Source: Candidatus Brocadiia bacterium (GTDB lineage Bacteria > Planctomycetota > Brocadiia > CAIUPP01). Taken from it: a stretch of DNA of 64,000 bases. Shown here piece after piece: positions 46,598 through 56,347 of this stretch. Under the pieces are notes generated by a model, which was given only the letters and a program-made list of their open reading frames with translations, was not told the origin of the DNA and searched no databases. Within the stretch, counting starts at the first letter, position 1. Each line of letters starts with the position of its first letter. The translations under genes were made by a program, and so were the position numbers. Location: positions 96,001-160,000 of the forward strand of contig JBEKCB010000003.1 of the NCBI GenBank assembly GCA_050015075.1, in the 5' to 3' direction.

Positions 46598-47638
46598 ATG
46601 CCTATCGTGGACATGCCGCTCGAAAAGCTGAAGACGTACCGCGGAATCAATCCGCGCCCGAAGGATTTCGACCGGTTCTGGGAGGACGCGCTGGCCGAGA
46701 TGCGCGCGGTGGACCCGAAAGTCACCCTGACGCCGGCGGAGTTCCAGGCGCCGTTCGCCGAGTGCTTCGACCTGACCTTCACCGGCGTCCGCGGCGCGCG
46801 CATCTATGCCAAGTACCTGCGTCCGCGCCGGGCGCCCGCGCCGCATCCGGCGGTGCTGCTGTTCCACGGCTACTCCGGCCACAGCGAGGACTGGACGCAG
46901 AAGCTGGGCTATGTGGCGGCGGGCTTTTCCGTGGCGGCGCTCGACTGCCGCGGCCAGGGCGGACGCTCGGAAGACCACGGCATGGTCAAAGGGACGACGC
47001 TGCGCGGGCACATCATTCGCGGGCTGGACGACTCGCCGGAGAACCTGCTGTTCCGGAGCATTTTCCTCGACACGGCCGAGCTGGCGCGAATCGTCATGGA
47101 CATGCCGGAGGTGGACCCGGCGCGCGTCGGCGCGACCGGCGGCTCGCAGGGCGGCGGGCTGACGCTGGCCTGCGCGGCGCTGGAGCCGCGGATCAACCGC
47201 GCGGCGCCGGCCTATCCGTTCCTGTGCGACTATCGCCGCGTCTGGGAGATGGACCTGGCGCTCAACGCATACGAGGAACTGCGGTGGTTCTTCCGCTCCT
47301 TCGATCCGCGCCATGAGAGCGAGGACGAGATCTTCACGCGCCTGGGCTACATTGACCTGCAGAACCTGGCCAAGCGCATCCGCGGCAAGGTGCTGATGGC
47401 GGTCGGCCTCATGGACACGATCTGCCCGCCCTCGACGCAGTTCGCGGCGTTCAACAAGATCGTCGCGCCGAAGGAACTGGCGATTTACCCCGACCACGCG
47501 CACGAAGGCCTGCCGGGCTGGTCCGACCACGTGTTCCAGTTCATGCTCGAGATGAACACGCAGGCCGCCGGAGCAAAGAAAAACCTTGCGAAGGCCGGCC
47601 CGCCGAAGCGGGCCCGCAAAAACCCTCGCAAGGCTTAA
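46598..47638 (+). CDS. Acetylxylan esterase / cephalosporin-C deacetylase (CE7)
   Basis: RPKDFDRFW, FHGY, CRGQ, GGSQGG, D.ICPPSTQFA, HAHE. Confidence 0.93.
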   Translation: MPIVDMPLEKLKTYRGINPRPKDFDRFWEDALAEMRAVDPKVTLTPAEFQAPFAECFDLTFTGVRGARIYAKYLRPRRAPAPHPAVLLFHGYSGHSEDWTQKLGYVAAGFSVAALDCRGQGGRSEDHGMVKGTTLRGHIIRGLDDSPENLLFRSIFLDTAELARIVMDMPEVDPARVGATGGSQGGGLTLACAALEPRINRAAPAYPFLCDYRRVWEMDLALNAYEELRWFFRSFDPRHESEDEIFTRLGYIDLQNLAKRIRGKVLMAVGLMDTICPPSTQFAAFNKIVAPKELAIYPDHAHEGLPGWSDHVFQFMLEMNTQAAGAKKNLAKAGPPKRARKNPRKA

Positions 47639-47662
47639 TGACATTCACTCAAGGAAAGAAAT

Positions 47663-47742
47663 TCTCTCGCCAAGACGCGAAGAACGCAAAGAACGGAGAA
47701 TAATTATGCTGTTCTTGGCGCTTTTTGCGTCCTGGCGAGAGA
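47663..47742. repeat. Gene-less inverted repeat with triple short-unit arms; possible bidirectional terminator
   Basis: TCTCTCGCCAAGACGCGAAGAACGCAAAGAAC...GTTCTTGGCGCTTTTTGCGTCCTGGCGAGAGA between convergent genes. Confidence 0.8.
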
Positions 47743-47766
47743 CCTTTTCTTAATCGCCGCCCGGCC

Positions 47767-48258
47767 CTATTCGCCGCGCTTGCCGAGTTCGCGGTCGAGC
47801 ATGAACATCGCGTCCTTCGAGTCGCCGATCAGCCGGAGTTGCTGCACGATGGTCAGCGCGTTGGACTCTTCCTCGACCTGCTCGTTCACGAACCATTGCA
47901 GAAAATTGGCCGTCGCGTGGTCGTTCTGGGCGTGGGCCACGTCCACCAGGCCGTTGATCAGGCCGGTGACTTTCTGCTCGTGCGCGTAGGCCGCCTCGAA
48001 TGCCGCCAGCAGCGTGGGCCACTGCGTCTGCGGCTTCGCGATCGGTTCCAGCACGATCCTGCTGTTGCACTCGAGGACGAAGTCGTAGATCTTCATCGCG
48101 TGCTTGACCTCTTCCGCGGTCTGGACCCGCATCCATTTCGCGGCGCCGATCCAGTTCTGCGCGGTGAAGTTCGCGACCATCGAGAGATAAAGGTAGGCGG
48201 AGTACAGTTCGGCGTTGACCTGCCCGTTGAGCGCCTTCTCCATCTTCTCGCCCAGCAT
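47767..48258 (-). CDS. ftnA: Non-heme ferritin
   Basis: LNGQVNAELYSAYLYLSM, EE..HA.K, HEQKVT..IN, DHAT.NFLQWFVNEQVEEE. Confidence 0.95.
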   Translation of the reverse strand: MLGEKMEKALNGQVNAELYSAYLYLSMVANFTAQNWIGAAKWMRVQTAEEVKHAMKIYDFVLECNSRIVLEPIAKPQTQWPTLLAAFEAAYAHEQKVTGLINGLVDVAHAQNDHATANFLQWFVNEQVEEESNALTIVQQLRLIGDSKDAMFMLDRELGKRGE

Positions 48259-48303
48259 CGTATTCCCCCACTTTCGGAAGAAATGGAACGCCGCTAGTTC
48301 AGG

Positions 48304-48594
48304 TCATCCGCGCTTGCTGGAACGCCGGAGGCGCGGCGCGGGGTTGTCAATCTCGCGGACGATCCCGACGCGTTCCAGATCGCCGAGAGTCCGCCGGACA
48401 GTTTTACGGGAGAGCGCGGGCAATCGCGCCTGGAGCCCGCAGTCTATTTTGTCCACCGTCGCCCCATCGCCGGAATGAGCGAGTTCGCGGAGCACCTCCA
48501 CCCGCTGGCGGGTCAGTTTGAGGCCCGCCTGCCGGCAGATGTCGCTCAGCAGTTGCATCACGTCGCCGGATGCAGCGTCTCTGGAATTGCACAT
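48304..48594 (-). CDS. Truncated Fur/PerR-like regulator (N-terminal winged helix only)
   Basis: GLKLTRQRVEVL.EL....ATVD.I...L....PALS..TV.RTL..LE..GIV; no HxH or CxxC dimerisation domain. Confidence 0.7.
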   Translation of the reverse strand: MCNSRDAASGDVMQLLSDICRQAGLKLTRQRVEVLRELAHSGDGATVDKIDCGLQARLPALSRKTVRRTLGDLERVGIVREIDNPAPRLRRSSKRG

Positions 48595-48801
48595 GCCCGA
48601 AAAGCCTTTCTCAAGCCCGCATATCGAGGAGACAAGGCTCTTTCGACCCCACGGCTGCGCAGAAAACGACGGCCTTGCCGACTCTTCTCGACTTGCGACC
48701 TGCGTCCTTCACTTACCGCACGTTTACTGTCGAGAGGAGCCAGCAAGGCCTACTGCAACGCCTTCTTTTCCGGCCCGCTTGCTTCCTTCACTTCCACAAG
48801 A

Positions 48802-48830
48802 AGGATATCTCACGGCCGCGGGCTTGTCAA
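48802..48830 (-). promoter_or_regulatory. Putative sigma70 promoter for the Fur-like gene and ferritin
   Basis: TTGACA-N17-TATCCT on the minus strand, about 200 nt upstream of the Fur-like start. Confidence 0.55.
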
Positions 48831-48869
48831 CTTTTTTTCTGTTATCCCTTTTCGCTCGGCCGCGCGGGG

Positions 48870-50462
48870 CTATTCTTCCTCTTCCTCTTTGGGCAGATCG
48901 CTGATGATCGCGTCGGTCGAGAGCAGAAGCGTGGCGATGCTGGCCGCGTTCTGGAGGGCGCTGCGGACCACTTTCGCCGGGTCAATGATGCCGGCCTTCA
49001 TCATGTCCACGTATTCGCCCTTCTCCGCGTCGAAGCCGAAATCGTGTTCCGATTCGATGACCTTCTGCAGCACGACCGCGCCGTCGTAGCCGGCGTTCTC
49101 GGCGATCTGGCGCAGCGGAGCGCTCAATGCGCGGCGGACGATGTCCACGCCGGTCCGCTCGTCGCCGGAGGCCTTCACCTTGTCGAGCGCCTTGAGGGTG
49201 CGGACGAGCGCCACGCCGCCGCCGGGCACCAGGCCCTCTTCAACCGCCGCGCGCGTGGCATGCAGGGCGTCCTCGATGCGCGACTTCTTCGCCTTCATCG
49301 CGATTTCGGTCGCCTCGCCGACGCGGATTTCGGCCACGCCGCCGGCGAGCTTGGCCAGCCGCTCGTCCAGTTTCTCGCGGTCGTAATCGCTGGTGGTCGT
49401 CTCGATCTCGCGCCGGAGCTGCTCGATGCGGCTGCGGATATCCTTCTGCGAGCCGGCGCCCTCGATGATCGTGGTCTTCTCCTTCTCCACGCGCACCTTC
49501 TTGGCGCTGCCGAGGTCCTTGAGCTGGAGGTTCTCGAGCTTGATGCCCAGGTCCTCGAACACGGCCTGGCCGCCGGTGAGCGTGGCGATATCCTCGAGCA
49601 TGGCCTTGCGCCGGTCGCCGAAGGCGGGCGCCTTGACGGCGCAGACGGAGAGGATGCCGCGGAGCTTGTTCACGACCAGCGTCGCGAGCGCTTCGCCATC
49701 CACTTCCTCGGAAATGATCAGCAGCGGTTTGCCGGCGCGCGCGACGGTCTCCAGGACCGGCACGATGTCCTGCACGGAGGAGATTTTCTTCTCGTGGATC
49801 AGGATGTACGGCTCTTCGAGGACGCACTCCATCCTCGCCGGGTCGGTGACGAAGTAGGGCGAGCTGTATCCCTTGTCGAACTGCATCCCCTCGACGACCG
49901 TGACCTCGGTCTTCAGCGACTTGCCCTCTTCGATGGTGATGACGCCGTCCTTGCCGACCTTGTCCATCGCCTCGGCGATCATCTGGCCGACCTCCGGATC
50001 GTTGTTGGCGGCGATGCGGCCGACGTGGGCGATCTCTTCGCCCGAACTGACCTTGACGGCCATGCGCCGGATTTCGGCGACCACGGCTTCTACGCCGCGG
50101 TCAATCCCGCGCTTGAGGTGCATCGGGTTGGCGCCGGCGGCGACGTTCTTGAGCCCTTCGTCGAAGATCGCCTCGGCCAGCACCGTGGCCGTCGTCGTCC
50201 CGTCGCCGGCGGTGTCGCTCGTCTTCGAGGCCACCTCGCGCGCCATCCGCGCGCCCATGTTCTCGTATCGGTCCTTCAGCTCCACTTCCTTGGCCACGGT
50301 CACGCCGTCCTTGGTGACGTCCGGCGCGCCGTAACTCTTCTCCAGTATCACGTTATGACCGGCAGGGCCGAGCGTGGACTTGACGGTCCGGGCGAGCTGC
50401 TTCACCCCGCGGCGCAGCGCGTTGCGCGCCTCTTCGTTCAGTGCAATCTGCTTGGCTGACAT
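48870..50462 (-). CDS. groEL: Chaperonin GroEL
   Basis: [46 protein letters not shown]; ends KEEEEE without a GGM tail. Confidence 0.98.
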   Translation of the reverse strand: MSAKQIALNEEARNALRRGVKQLARTVKSTLGPAGHNVILEKSYGAPDVTKDGVTVAKEVELKDRYENMGARMAREVASKTSDTAGDGTTTATVLAEAIFDEGLKNVAAGANPMHLKRGIDRGVEAVVAEIRRMAVKVSSGEEIAHVGRIAANNDPEVGQMIAEAMDKVGKDGVITIEEGKSLKTEVTVVEGMQFDKGYSSPYFVTDPARMECVLEEPYILIHEKKISSVQDIVPVLETVARAGKPLLIISEEVDGEALATLVVNKLRGILSVCAVKAPAFGDRRKAMLEDIATLTGGQAVFEDLGIKLENLQLKDLGSAKKVRVEKEKTTIIEGAGSQKDIRSRIEQLRREIETTTSDYDREKLDERLAKLAGGVAEIRVGEATEIAMKAKKSRIEDALHATRAAVEEGLVPGGGVALVRTLKALDKVKASGDERTGVDIVRRALSAPLRQIAENAGYDGAVVLQKVIESEHDFGFDAEKGEYVDMMKAGIIDPAKVVRSALQNAASIATLLLSTDAIISDLPKEEEEE

Positions 50463-50472
50463 CAGTTTCTCC

Positions 50473-50766
50473 CTACTCGATGACCGCGAGGACGTCGTCC
50501 TCAGACATGAGCATGTATTCCTCTCCGTCCACCGTGACCTCCGTGCCCGCATACGAGCTGAAGAGGATCCGGTCGTTCTTCTTGACGGTAAAGGCGCCGA
50601 GCTTGCCGTCCTTCAGCAGCCGGCCGGAACCGACCGCGATGACCTTGCCCTGCTTGGGCTTTTCCTTGGCGCTGTCGGGGATCAAGATCCCGCCTCGCGT
50701 CTTCGTCTCCGCCTCGAGCCGCTTCACCAGCACCTTGTCGCCGATCGGCGTCAGTTTGGTCGCCAT
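50473..50766 (-). CDS. groES: Co-chaperonin GroES
   Basis: [28 protein letters not shown]. Confidence 0.97.
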   Translation of the reverse strand: MATKLTPIGDKVLVKRLEAETKTRGGILIPDSAKEKPKQGKVIAVGSGRLLKDGKLGAFTVKKNDRILFSSYAGTEVTVDGEEYMLMSEDDVLAVIE

Positions 50767-50839
50767 CCTTCTTGCTCCTTTCAAAAAGAAAAGATTTTCC
50801 GGCCGCGAAAACGCCAAAGAAGGCGCTCTCGCGTTCCGA

Positions 50840-51250
50840 TCACAGATCATCCGTCTCGTAATGCCGCCGCAGGACTTCTTCGACGATGTGGCGCAGCGCG
50901 GAGATGTCGAAAGGTTTTGCGATGAACGAATCGAAGTGCGCCGCCAGCGCCTCGGACATCAACTCGCGCGACGCGTCGGCCGACATCAGGATGCTCGGCA
51001 CGCGTACGGAAATCTCCCGCCGGATCATGCTCACCGTATCGAGCCCGCTCATGTCGGGCATATTCATGTCCACGATCATCACGTGGATGAAGTGGCTTCG
51101 CACGACCTCGATCGCCTCGCGGCCGCACGAGGCCAGGCACAACTCGTATCCCTGCACGGCGAGCGCTTCGCGCACGGTCTCTCGGCATCCCGCGTCGTCG
51201 TCCGAGACGAGGACCCTGTACGGCCGTACAAACAACTCGCGCGCCACCAT
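50840..51250 (-). CDS. Single-domain response regulator
   Basis: VLVSDDD, IVDMNMPDMSGL, ILMSA, IAKPF. Confidence 0.9.
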   Translation of the reverse strand: MVARELFVRPYRVLVSDDDAGCRETVREALAVQGYELCLASCGREAIEVVRSHFIHVMIVDMNMPDMSGLDTVSMIRREISVRVPSILMSADASRELMSEALAAHFDSFIAKPFDISALRHIVEEVLRRHYETDDL

Positions 51251-51588
51251 GTGCGGCTCCTTCTCCTCAGGCTGCTGCGATAATCCGTGATTCCACGTCA
51301 GCAAACTATATACCGCTGCGCACAGGACTGGAGTAAAGTCCATCGAACTGAACGTGTGCTAATCGGAGTGTCATAACCTGCGTCATTACTGTCAGTTGTG
51401 ATATGCCATTCTGAAGGTTTGCACAAGGCGGGCAATTCCTCCGCCCGCTTTTCGCTGGCAGGATGGCAGTTAATGACTGCCACATTGACAGGCCGGCTCG
51501 GAGCGACTCATGCGAAGATTCGCAGCGGACGGCTCGCCGGCACGTTGCCGAACGGCCGGCAGCGTCACGCTACTTCGCGGTTTTTTTA

Positions 51589-51616
51589 TTGACACTGTTG
51601 GAATAGTCTTTATGAT
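51589..51616 (+). promoter_or_regulatory. Putative sigma70 promoter
   Basis: TTGACA-N16-TATGAT preceded by a T-tract, upstream of the nitrilase gene. Confidence 0.55.
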
Positions 51617-51657
51617 AGTGATGGTGGAATTGCAGGCTTTGCTGCATGGAGGAGTGC

Positions 51658-52455
51658 ATGCGCCGGGAAACGCTGGCGGTCGGCCTCGCGCAGATGCCGC
51701 AGACGGCCGACCTGGGACGCAACCTCCGCGAGATCGCGCGGTTCGTGGAGGCGGCGCGGCGAGCCCGCGTCGCCCTGCTCGTCTTCCCGGAATGTGCGCT
51801 CACCGGTTACGCGCCGGCGTTCCACAAGTCCTCGGCCGGTTTCGATCCGGATGCCGTCGAGGCGGCCCTCGAGGAAGTGCGCGGCCTGGCGCGGAAGTCG
51901 CGCCTGACCGTGGTCCTCGGCACGCACCTGCCGCTCGACCGGGGCTGGTCGAACAGCGCGCTGCTCATCGGCCCCGACGGCCGCATCGCGGCGCGCTACG
52001 ACAAGGCGCACCTCTACGGGCTGGACGCGGAATATTACCTGGCCGGACGCGCGCCGCCCGCGGTGAAGGCCGCCTGCGGTACCACGGTCGGCATGCAGAT
52101 CTGCTACGACCTGCGGTTCCCCGAAGTCTCCCGCTGGCTGGCGCTGCGGCGGGCCGAAGTGATCATCGTCATCTCGTACCTCTTCGGCAGAAAACAGATG
52201 TGGAAGCGGCCCATCATCGAGGCCCACATCCGCAGCCGGGCGGCCGAAAACGGCCGGTTCGTCCTCTTCGCCAACGCGGCCGGCCCGCAGCAGAACGTCC
52301 CCAGCACGATCGCCGACCCGCGCGGCTGGATCACCGCGCAGGCCCGGCGGAGCGTCCGGCAACTGCTGCTGGCGCGGCTGGACCTGAGCTGCGTCCAGGA
52401 CGACATACTGCGCAGCCGCAGGACCGACCTGTTCGAGGCGGAGGGCCCGCAGTGA
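51658..52455 (+). CDS. Carbon-nitrogen hydrolase (nitrilase superfamily)
   Basis: Catalytic triad motifs FPECALTGY, YDKAHL, ICYDLRFPE; RAAEN. Confidence 0.93.
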   Translation: MRRETLAVGLAQMPQTADLGRNLREIARFVEAARRARVALLVFPECALTGYAPAFHKSSAGFDPDAVEAALEEVRGLARKSRLTVVLGTHLPLDRGWSNSALLIGPDGRIAARYDKAHLYGLDAEYYLAGRAPPAVKAACGTTVGMQICYDLRFPEVSRWLALRRAEVIIVISYLFGRKQMWKRPIIEAHIRSRAAENGRFVLFANAAGPQQNVPSTIADPRGWITAQARRSVRQLLLARLDLSCVQDDILRSRRTDLFEAEGPQ

Positions 52456-53003
52456 ACGAGACCGCCCGGAAACGGCTGCTCCAGATCGCGCGGCAGAGCG
52501 TGGCCGCGGCCATCGAAGGAAAGCCTCTCCCGAAGCTCGATGAAGCCGACCCCGAACTCCAGGGCAAGCAGGGCTGTTTCGTCACGCTCAAGAACGGCGA
52601 GAACCTCCGCGGCTGCCTGGGCCACTTCACCAGCGCCAAGCCGCTCTGGAAGCTCGTCAATGAGACCGCGCGCGCCTCGGCCACCGAGGACCCGCGCTTC
52701 TGGTCCTACCCGATTACGCCGGACGAGCTGGACCGGCTGAACATCGAGATCAGCGTCCTCAGCCCGCTCCAGCGTATCGCGAATCCGCTCGCCATCGAAC
52801 TGGGTGTGGACGGCATCTACATTCGCCGGGGCGCCGCGGCCGGGTGCTTCCTGCCGCAAGTCGCCATGGAGACCGGCTGGAGCAAGGAGGAGTTCCTCAG
52901 CCATTGCTGCAGCCACAAGGCCGGCTTGTCCGCCGACGCGTGGCGCGATCCGGACACCGAAGTGCTGACCTTCCGCGCAGAGGTTTTCGGAGAGACCGAG
53001 TAA
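52452..53003 (+). CDS. amrA: AMMECR1-domain protein (AmmeMemoRadiSam system protein A)
   Basis: GCFVTL...LRGCLG, DPRF, IEISVLSP, FLPQVA.E.GW, KAGL; GTGA overlap with the nitrilase gene. Confidence 0.92.
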   Translation: MNETARKRLLQIARQSVAAAIEGKPLPKLDEADPELQGKQGCFVTLKNGENLRGCLGHFTSAKPLWKLVNETARASATEDPRFWSYPITPDELDRLNIEISVLSPLQRIANPLAIELGVDGIYIRRGAAAGCFLPQVAMETGWSKEEFLSHCCSHKAGLSADAWRDPDTEVLTFRAEVFGETE

Positions 53004-53045
53004 GAGACGCGTTCAACTTGTAGAATGCTAAAGGAGAGTCGCCGG

Positions 53046-53369
53046 ATGGCCATTCACGTGCATGAGGACGAGTTCTTGAAGAAGCAGCCCGGCGGCGGGC
53101 AGTTGATCGGCGCCGAGCAGGGCGCGACGAAGGGCTTCTGCATCGGCGTCGCATTTTACGACCAGGAAGTTTACGGCACGCCCGGCGTGCACGACGACCA
53201 GGAAGGTTTCTACGTCCTCGCCGGCCAAGGCACTGCGAAGGTCGGCGACGAGGAATTCGAGATCCGCCCCGGCACCGCCTACATCGCCCAGAAAGGCGTC
53301 CCGCATTCCGTCAAGAAGCGGCCCGGCTCCAAGCCGGTGAAACTGCTCTGGAGCCATGGGGCGGTTTGA
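53046..53369 (+). CDS. Cupin-domain protein
   Basis: HDDQEGFYVL.G.G..KVG.EEF.I.PG......GVPHS. Confidence 0.9.
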   Translation: MAIHVHEDEFLKKQPGGGQLIGAEQGATKGFCIGVAFYDQEVYGTPGVHDDQEGFYVLAGQGTAKVGDEEFEIRPGTAYIAQKGVPHSVKKRPGSKPVKLLWSHGAV

Positions 53370-53419
53370 TGGAGGGCGCAGCGGCGAGACTCCCGCGCGA
53401 TCGCGCCAGTGCTTTGAGT

Positions 53420-53788
53420 CTATCCCCGGGAAACTGTGCTGATTTCGCTCGCGTTCGCCCCGGCAAGAAGAACCATCCCGGTTCGTGCGGCCTGCGCCAG
53501 CAGCGACGCGCCGCTGTTGAATTCCTCCGGGGTCATCAGGATGACATCCAGCGGCACCTGGTATCGGCGGATGGTCGCACGTTCCGGCCCGGCGATCAAC
53601 CGGGCGCGTTCAAAGATGTCCTTGTCGCGGAAGTCGTCGGAGACTACCAGCACGTCCACATCGCTCTCCTCGCTCGCCGCGCCGCGAGCGTGCGAGCCGA
53701 AGAGAATAAGTTGCGAGATTCGGACTGCCTGCTGAGTCAGGCGTTCGCCGAAAAACCGAACCGCTTCTATCGCTGCGTTTTGATCCAT
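53420..53788 (-). CDS. Minimal nucleotidyltransferase (MNT) domain protein
   Basis: ILFGSHARG....SDVDVLVVSDDF, DVILMTPEE. Confidence 0.92.
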   Translation of the reverse strand: MDQNAAIEAVRFFGERLTQQAVRISQLILFGSHARGAASEESDVDVLVVSDDFRDKDIFERARLIAGPERATIRRYQVPLDVILMTPEEFNSGASLLAQAARTGMVLLAGANASEISTVSRG

Positions 53789-54147
53789 GATAATACCTCT
53801 CGGCTCTTGGCCAGCATATCGCGGACTGCCGCTCCGGAATAGTCCGCCAGAATTTTCTGGAGATCATCGGGATAACGAGTCGGAACGCTCACGTCATTCA
53901 GTGTCGTCAGGAACTGATCCACGCCTGCCGGCGCCTGCACTCCGATTTTCTCCATCAGGTACAAAAGATTGTGCGTCTTCGGAGGCGCCGCCTGAAGTTT
54001 TGCCTGCCATAAACCCTTAAGTGCCTTCTCTACAGCTAGGTGCGTCATGAAGACCGCATAGAAATACCTTTCGCCTTTCAGCATGTATTCAGCCGTCTCG
54101 AGGTCATAATCAGCCTGCGCGAACCATTGGTCTGCGAGTTTATCCAT
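53767..54147 (-). CDS. HEPN-domain protein
   Basis: W..QADYDLETA, F..H.AVEKALK, PKTHNL..L, RYP; paired with the MNT gene. Confidence 0.92.
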   Translation of the reverse strand: MDKLADQWFAQADYDLETAEYMLKGERYFYAVFMTHLAVEKALKGLWQAKLQAAPPKTHNLLYLMEKIGVQAPAGVDQFLTTLNDVSVPTRYPDDLQKILADYSGAAVRDMLAKSREVLSWIKTQR

Positions 54148-54172
54148 GGCCTCATCTTTCTATCAGCGCCAC

Positions 54173-54181
54173 ATTATATCA
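54173..54181 (-). promoter_or_regulatory. Extended -10 element for the HEPN-MNT pair
   Basis: TG-A-TATAAT 25 nt upstream of the HEPN ATG. Confidence 0.45.
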
Positions 54182-54203
54182 TGATCAGCCATGCAAGCAG
54201 CTA

Positions 54204-55373
54204 TCACCGTTGCAGTGTTCCCGCGCGGACGTAGAGCTTGCCGGGCATCTGGACGGCCAGGCGCTTCAGCTCGAGGACCATGAGGGTGCTGCCGACGTTC
54301 GCCGCGGAGAGGTGCGATTCCCGGGTGATCTCGTCAATGTCCCGGGGCGTGGAGTCGAGCAGATCGTAGACGGCGCGCTCGACCTCGTTGAGCATCAGGG
54401 CACGCGGATCGGGGATCGGCCGCTCGTCCTCGCGGACCTTCAGCGGCTGCGTCAGCGGGCCGAACTCCTCGATGATGTCGTCCACGGTCTCGACGAGCTT
54501 GGCGCCGTCGCGGATCAGCCGGTGCGGGCCGCGCGTCTGCGGACGGCCGATGTCGCCGGGGACGGCGAAGACCTCCTTGCCCATTTCTCCCGCCAGCCGC
54601 GCGGTGATGAGCGCGCCGCTGTTCCGGGCGGCCTCGACCACGAGGATCCCGAGCGAGAGCGCGGCGATGATCCGGTTGCGCGGCGGGAAGTTCGCGGCGG
54701 TGGGCGGCGAGCCGAGCGGCAGTTCGCTGACCAGCGCGCCGCTGCGGGCGACGCGATCGGCCAGGTCGCGGTTCTCCGGCGGATAAACCCGGTCCAGCCC
54801 GCATCCGAGCACCGCGATCGTGCGCCCGCGCCCCTTGAGCGCGCCCTCGTGCGCCGCGGCGTCCACGCCCTGCGCCAGGCCGCTGACGACCGTGAACTCC
54901 GCCTGCGCCAGCTCGAACGCCAACCGCTCGGCGTGCATCCGGCCATAGAGTGACGCGCGCCGCGAGCCGACCACGCCGATGGCCAGCGCGTCGCGATCGA
55001 GAAATTCGCCCTTCACGTACAGCAGCAGCGGCAGCCCGTCCTGGTCGCGGAGCGAACCGGGGAATTCCGGCGCGTTGAACGGCAGGATGCGGATGCCGAG
55101 ATCGCCGGCCTTCTTCAGTTCCTCTTTCGGATCGTACTGTGCGTCGCGCCCGCGGAGCGCGCGGATGGTCTCGCGCTTGAGGCCCAGTCCGCCGAGTTCC
55201 TCGCGGCCGGCCTCCCGCGCGCGCGGCCACGAGCCGAAGTGGTGGAGCAGCCGGCGCAGGGTCGTCGGGCCCAATCCGCGGACGGCCATCGCTTCGAGAA
55301 GATCCTCCACGGCGACCTCAGGCAGCGGCTCGGCGCGGCCATAGGCCTCCGGCGTCCGGCTCGGGTCACCCAC
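54204..55373 (-). CDS. dprA: DNA-processing protein DprA
   Basis: VVGSR, VVSGLAQGVD.AAH, IAVLGCG, FPPRNRII, VVEA...SGALITA, FAVPG; C-terminal winged helix. Start uncertain (55373-55394). Confidence 0.95.
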   Translation of the reverse strand: MGDPSRTPEAYGRAEPLPEVAVEDLLEAMAVRGLGPTTLRRLLHHFGSWPRAREAGREELGGLGLKRETIRALRGRDAQYDPKEELKKAGDLGIRILPFNAPEFPGSLRDQDGLPLLLYVKGEFLDRDALAIGVVGSRRASLYGRMHAERLAFELAQAEFTVVSGLAQGVDAAAHEGALKGRGRTIAVLGCGLDRVYPPENRDLADRVARSGALVSELPLGSPPTAANFPPRNRIIAALSLGILVVEAARNSGALITARLAGEMGKEVFAVPGDIGRPQTRGPHRLIRDGAKLVETVDDIIEEFGPLTQPLKVREDERPIPDPRALMLNEVERAVYDLLDSTPRDIDEITRESHLSAANVGSTLMVLELKRLAVQMPGKLYVRAGTLQR

Positions 55374-55397
55374 GTTCACATCCTTTGTGCACAAAGG

Positions 55398-56300
55398 TCA
55401 ACGACTCGGCGCGCGGATCCTCGTCGTCGGCTCGGCCGGCGGGGCGAACGGCATTCGCAGCCTGACGAGCGTGTCCGGCGAATCCGGCGGCAGCAGGTCC
55501 AGCGCGCCGCCGTGCGCGGCGGCGATCAGCCGCGCGAAGATCGCCGGCTCGGCGCGGCTGCGGACGAGGGCCTGCTCGCGCGGAATGGCGACGCCGATGC
55601 AGATCAACTCCACCTGGAATCCGCCGCGCGGAACATCGGGCCCGAGCCGCAGCGCCAGGGTGCCTGCCGTGCCGGCGTTCGGCTCTTGCCGCGGCGGCCA
55701 CGTTTCCAGGAGATGCACGAGCAGTCCGGAGAGCGCGCGATACCACTGCTGCCGGTCCACGACGGCGGTGTCCGGCTCGAGTTCGATCTCGACGGAGAGA
55801 TGGATTCCGCGGGCATCCGCCGACGCCTGCGCCGCTTCCGCGGCGGCGTTGACGATTTCCGCCAGGTGCGCGCGCGCCGGGTGCAACTGGAGCGCGGAAA
55901 ACGACTCAGGCAGGATGTCCGTCGGATCGCCGGGCGCCGCCAGGGCCCGCTGCTCGGCGAGCCGCATGAGTTGATCCAATCGCCGCGCGGAGGGGATTTC
56001 GCGGCCGAAGACGAAGCTGTTCGCGCCGATGGTCACGATATCGCCCCGAACGATCCGGCGTTCACTGACCAGGACGGTGTTGACGAAGGTGCCGTTCGAG
56101 CTGCCCGAATCCACGATGATGGCGCCGTCGCCGTCGGGCAGCAGCCGCGCATGGAGGCGCGAGGCGCGGTCGTCATGGAGCACCACCTCGCGCTCTTCGT
56201 CGCGGCCGAGGGTCACCGGGCTGTCGGCCAGCACGAACGTCCGGCCGGCGTCGGGGCCCTGGAAGATGGTGAAGAGCCGCTCAGGCATTTTGGCCAGCAT
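55398..56300 (-). CDS. FHA-domain protein with a degenerate HATPase_c-like C-terminus
   Basis: FHA motifs LGR, ASRLHA, DSGSSNGTFVN; C-terminus resembles a histidine-kinase CA domain (D..QW.RAL..LL, IAAAHGG.L, T.VRLRMP). Confidence 0.75.
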   Translation of the reverse strand: MLAKMPERLFTIFQGPDAGRTFVLADSPVTLGRDEEREVVLHDDRASRLHARLLPDGDGAIIVDSGSSNGTFVNTVLVSERRIVRGDIVTIGANSFVFGREIPSARRLDQLMRLAEQRALAAPGDPTDILPESFSALQLHPARAHLAEIVNAAAEAAQASADARGIHLSVEIELEPDTAVVDRQQWYRALSGLLVHLLETWPPRQEPNAGTAGTLALRLGPDVPRGGFQVELICIGVAIPREQALVRSRAEPAIFARLIAAAHGGALDLLPPDSPDTLVRLRMPFAPPAEPTTRIRAPSR

Positions 56301-56347
56301 CCCTCACAAGCGCTGATCGTCCGCAGTTGGAGGTCAGGCGGCGGGCG

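Noticed and set aside
51340-51380. CIRCE-like half site (GTGTGCTAA) upstream of the regulator-groES-groEL genes
   Set aside because: Only one imperfect half; no inverted partner at the 9-nt spacing.
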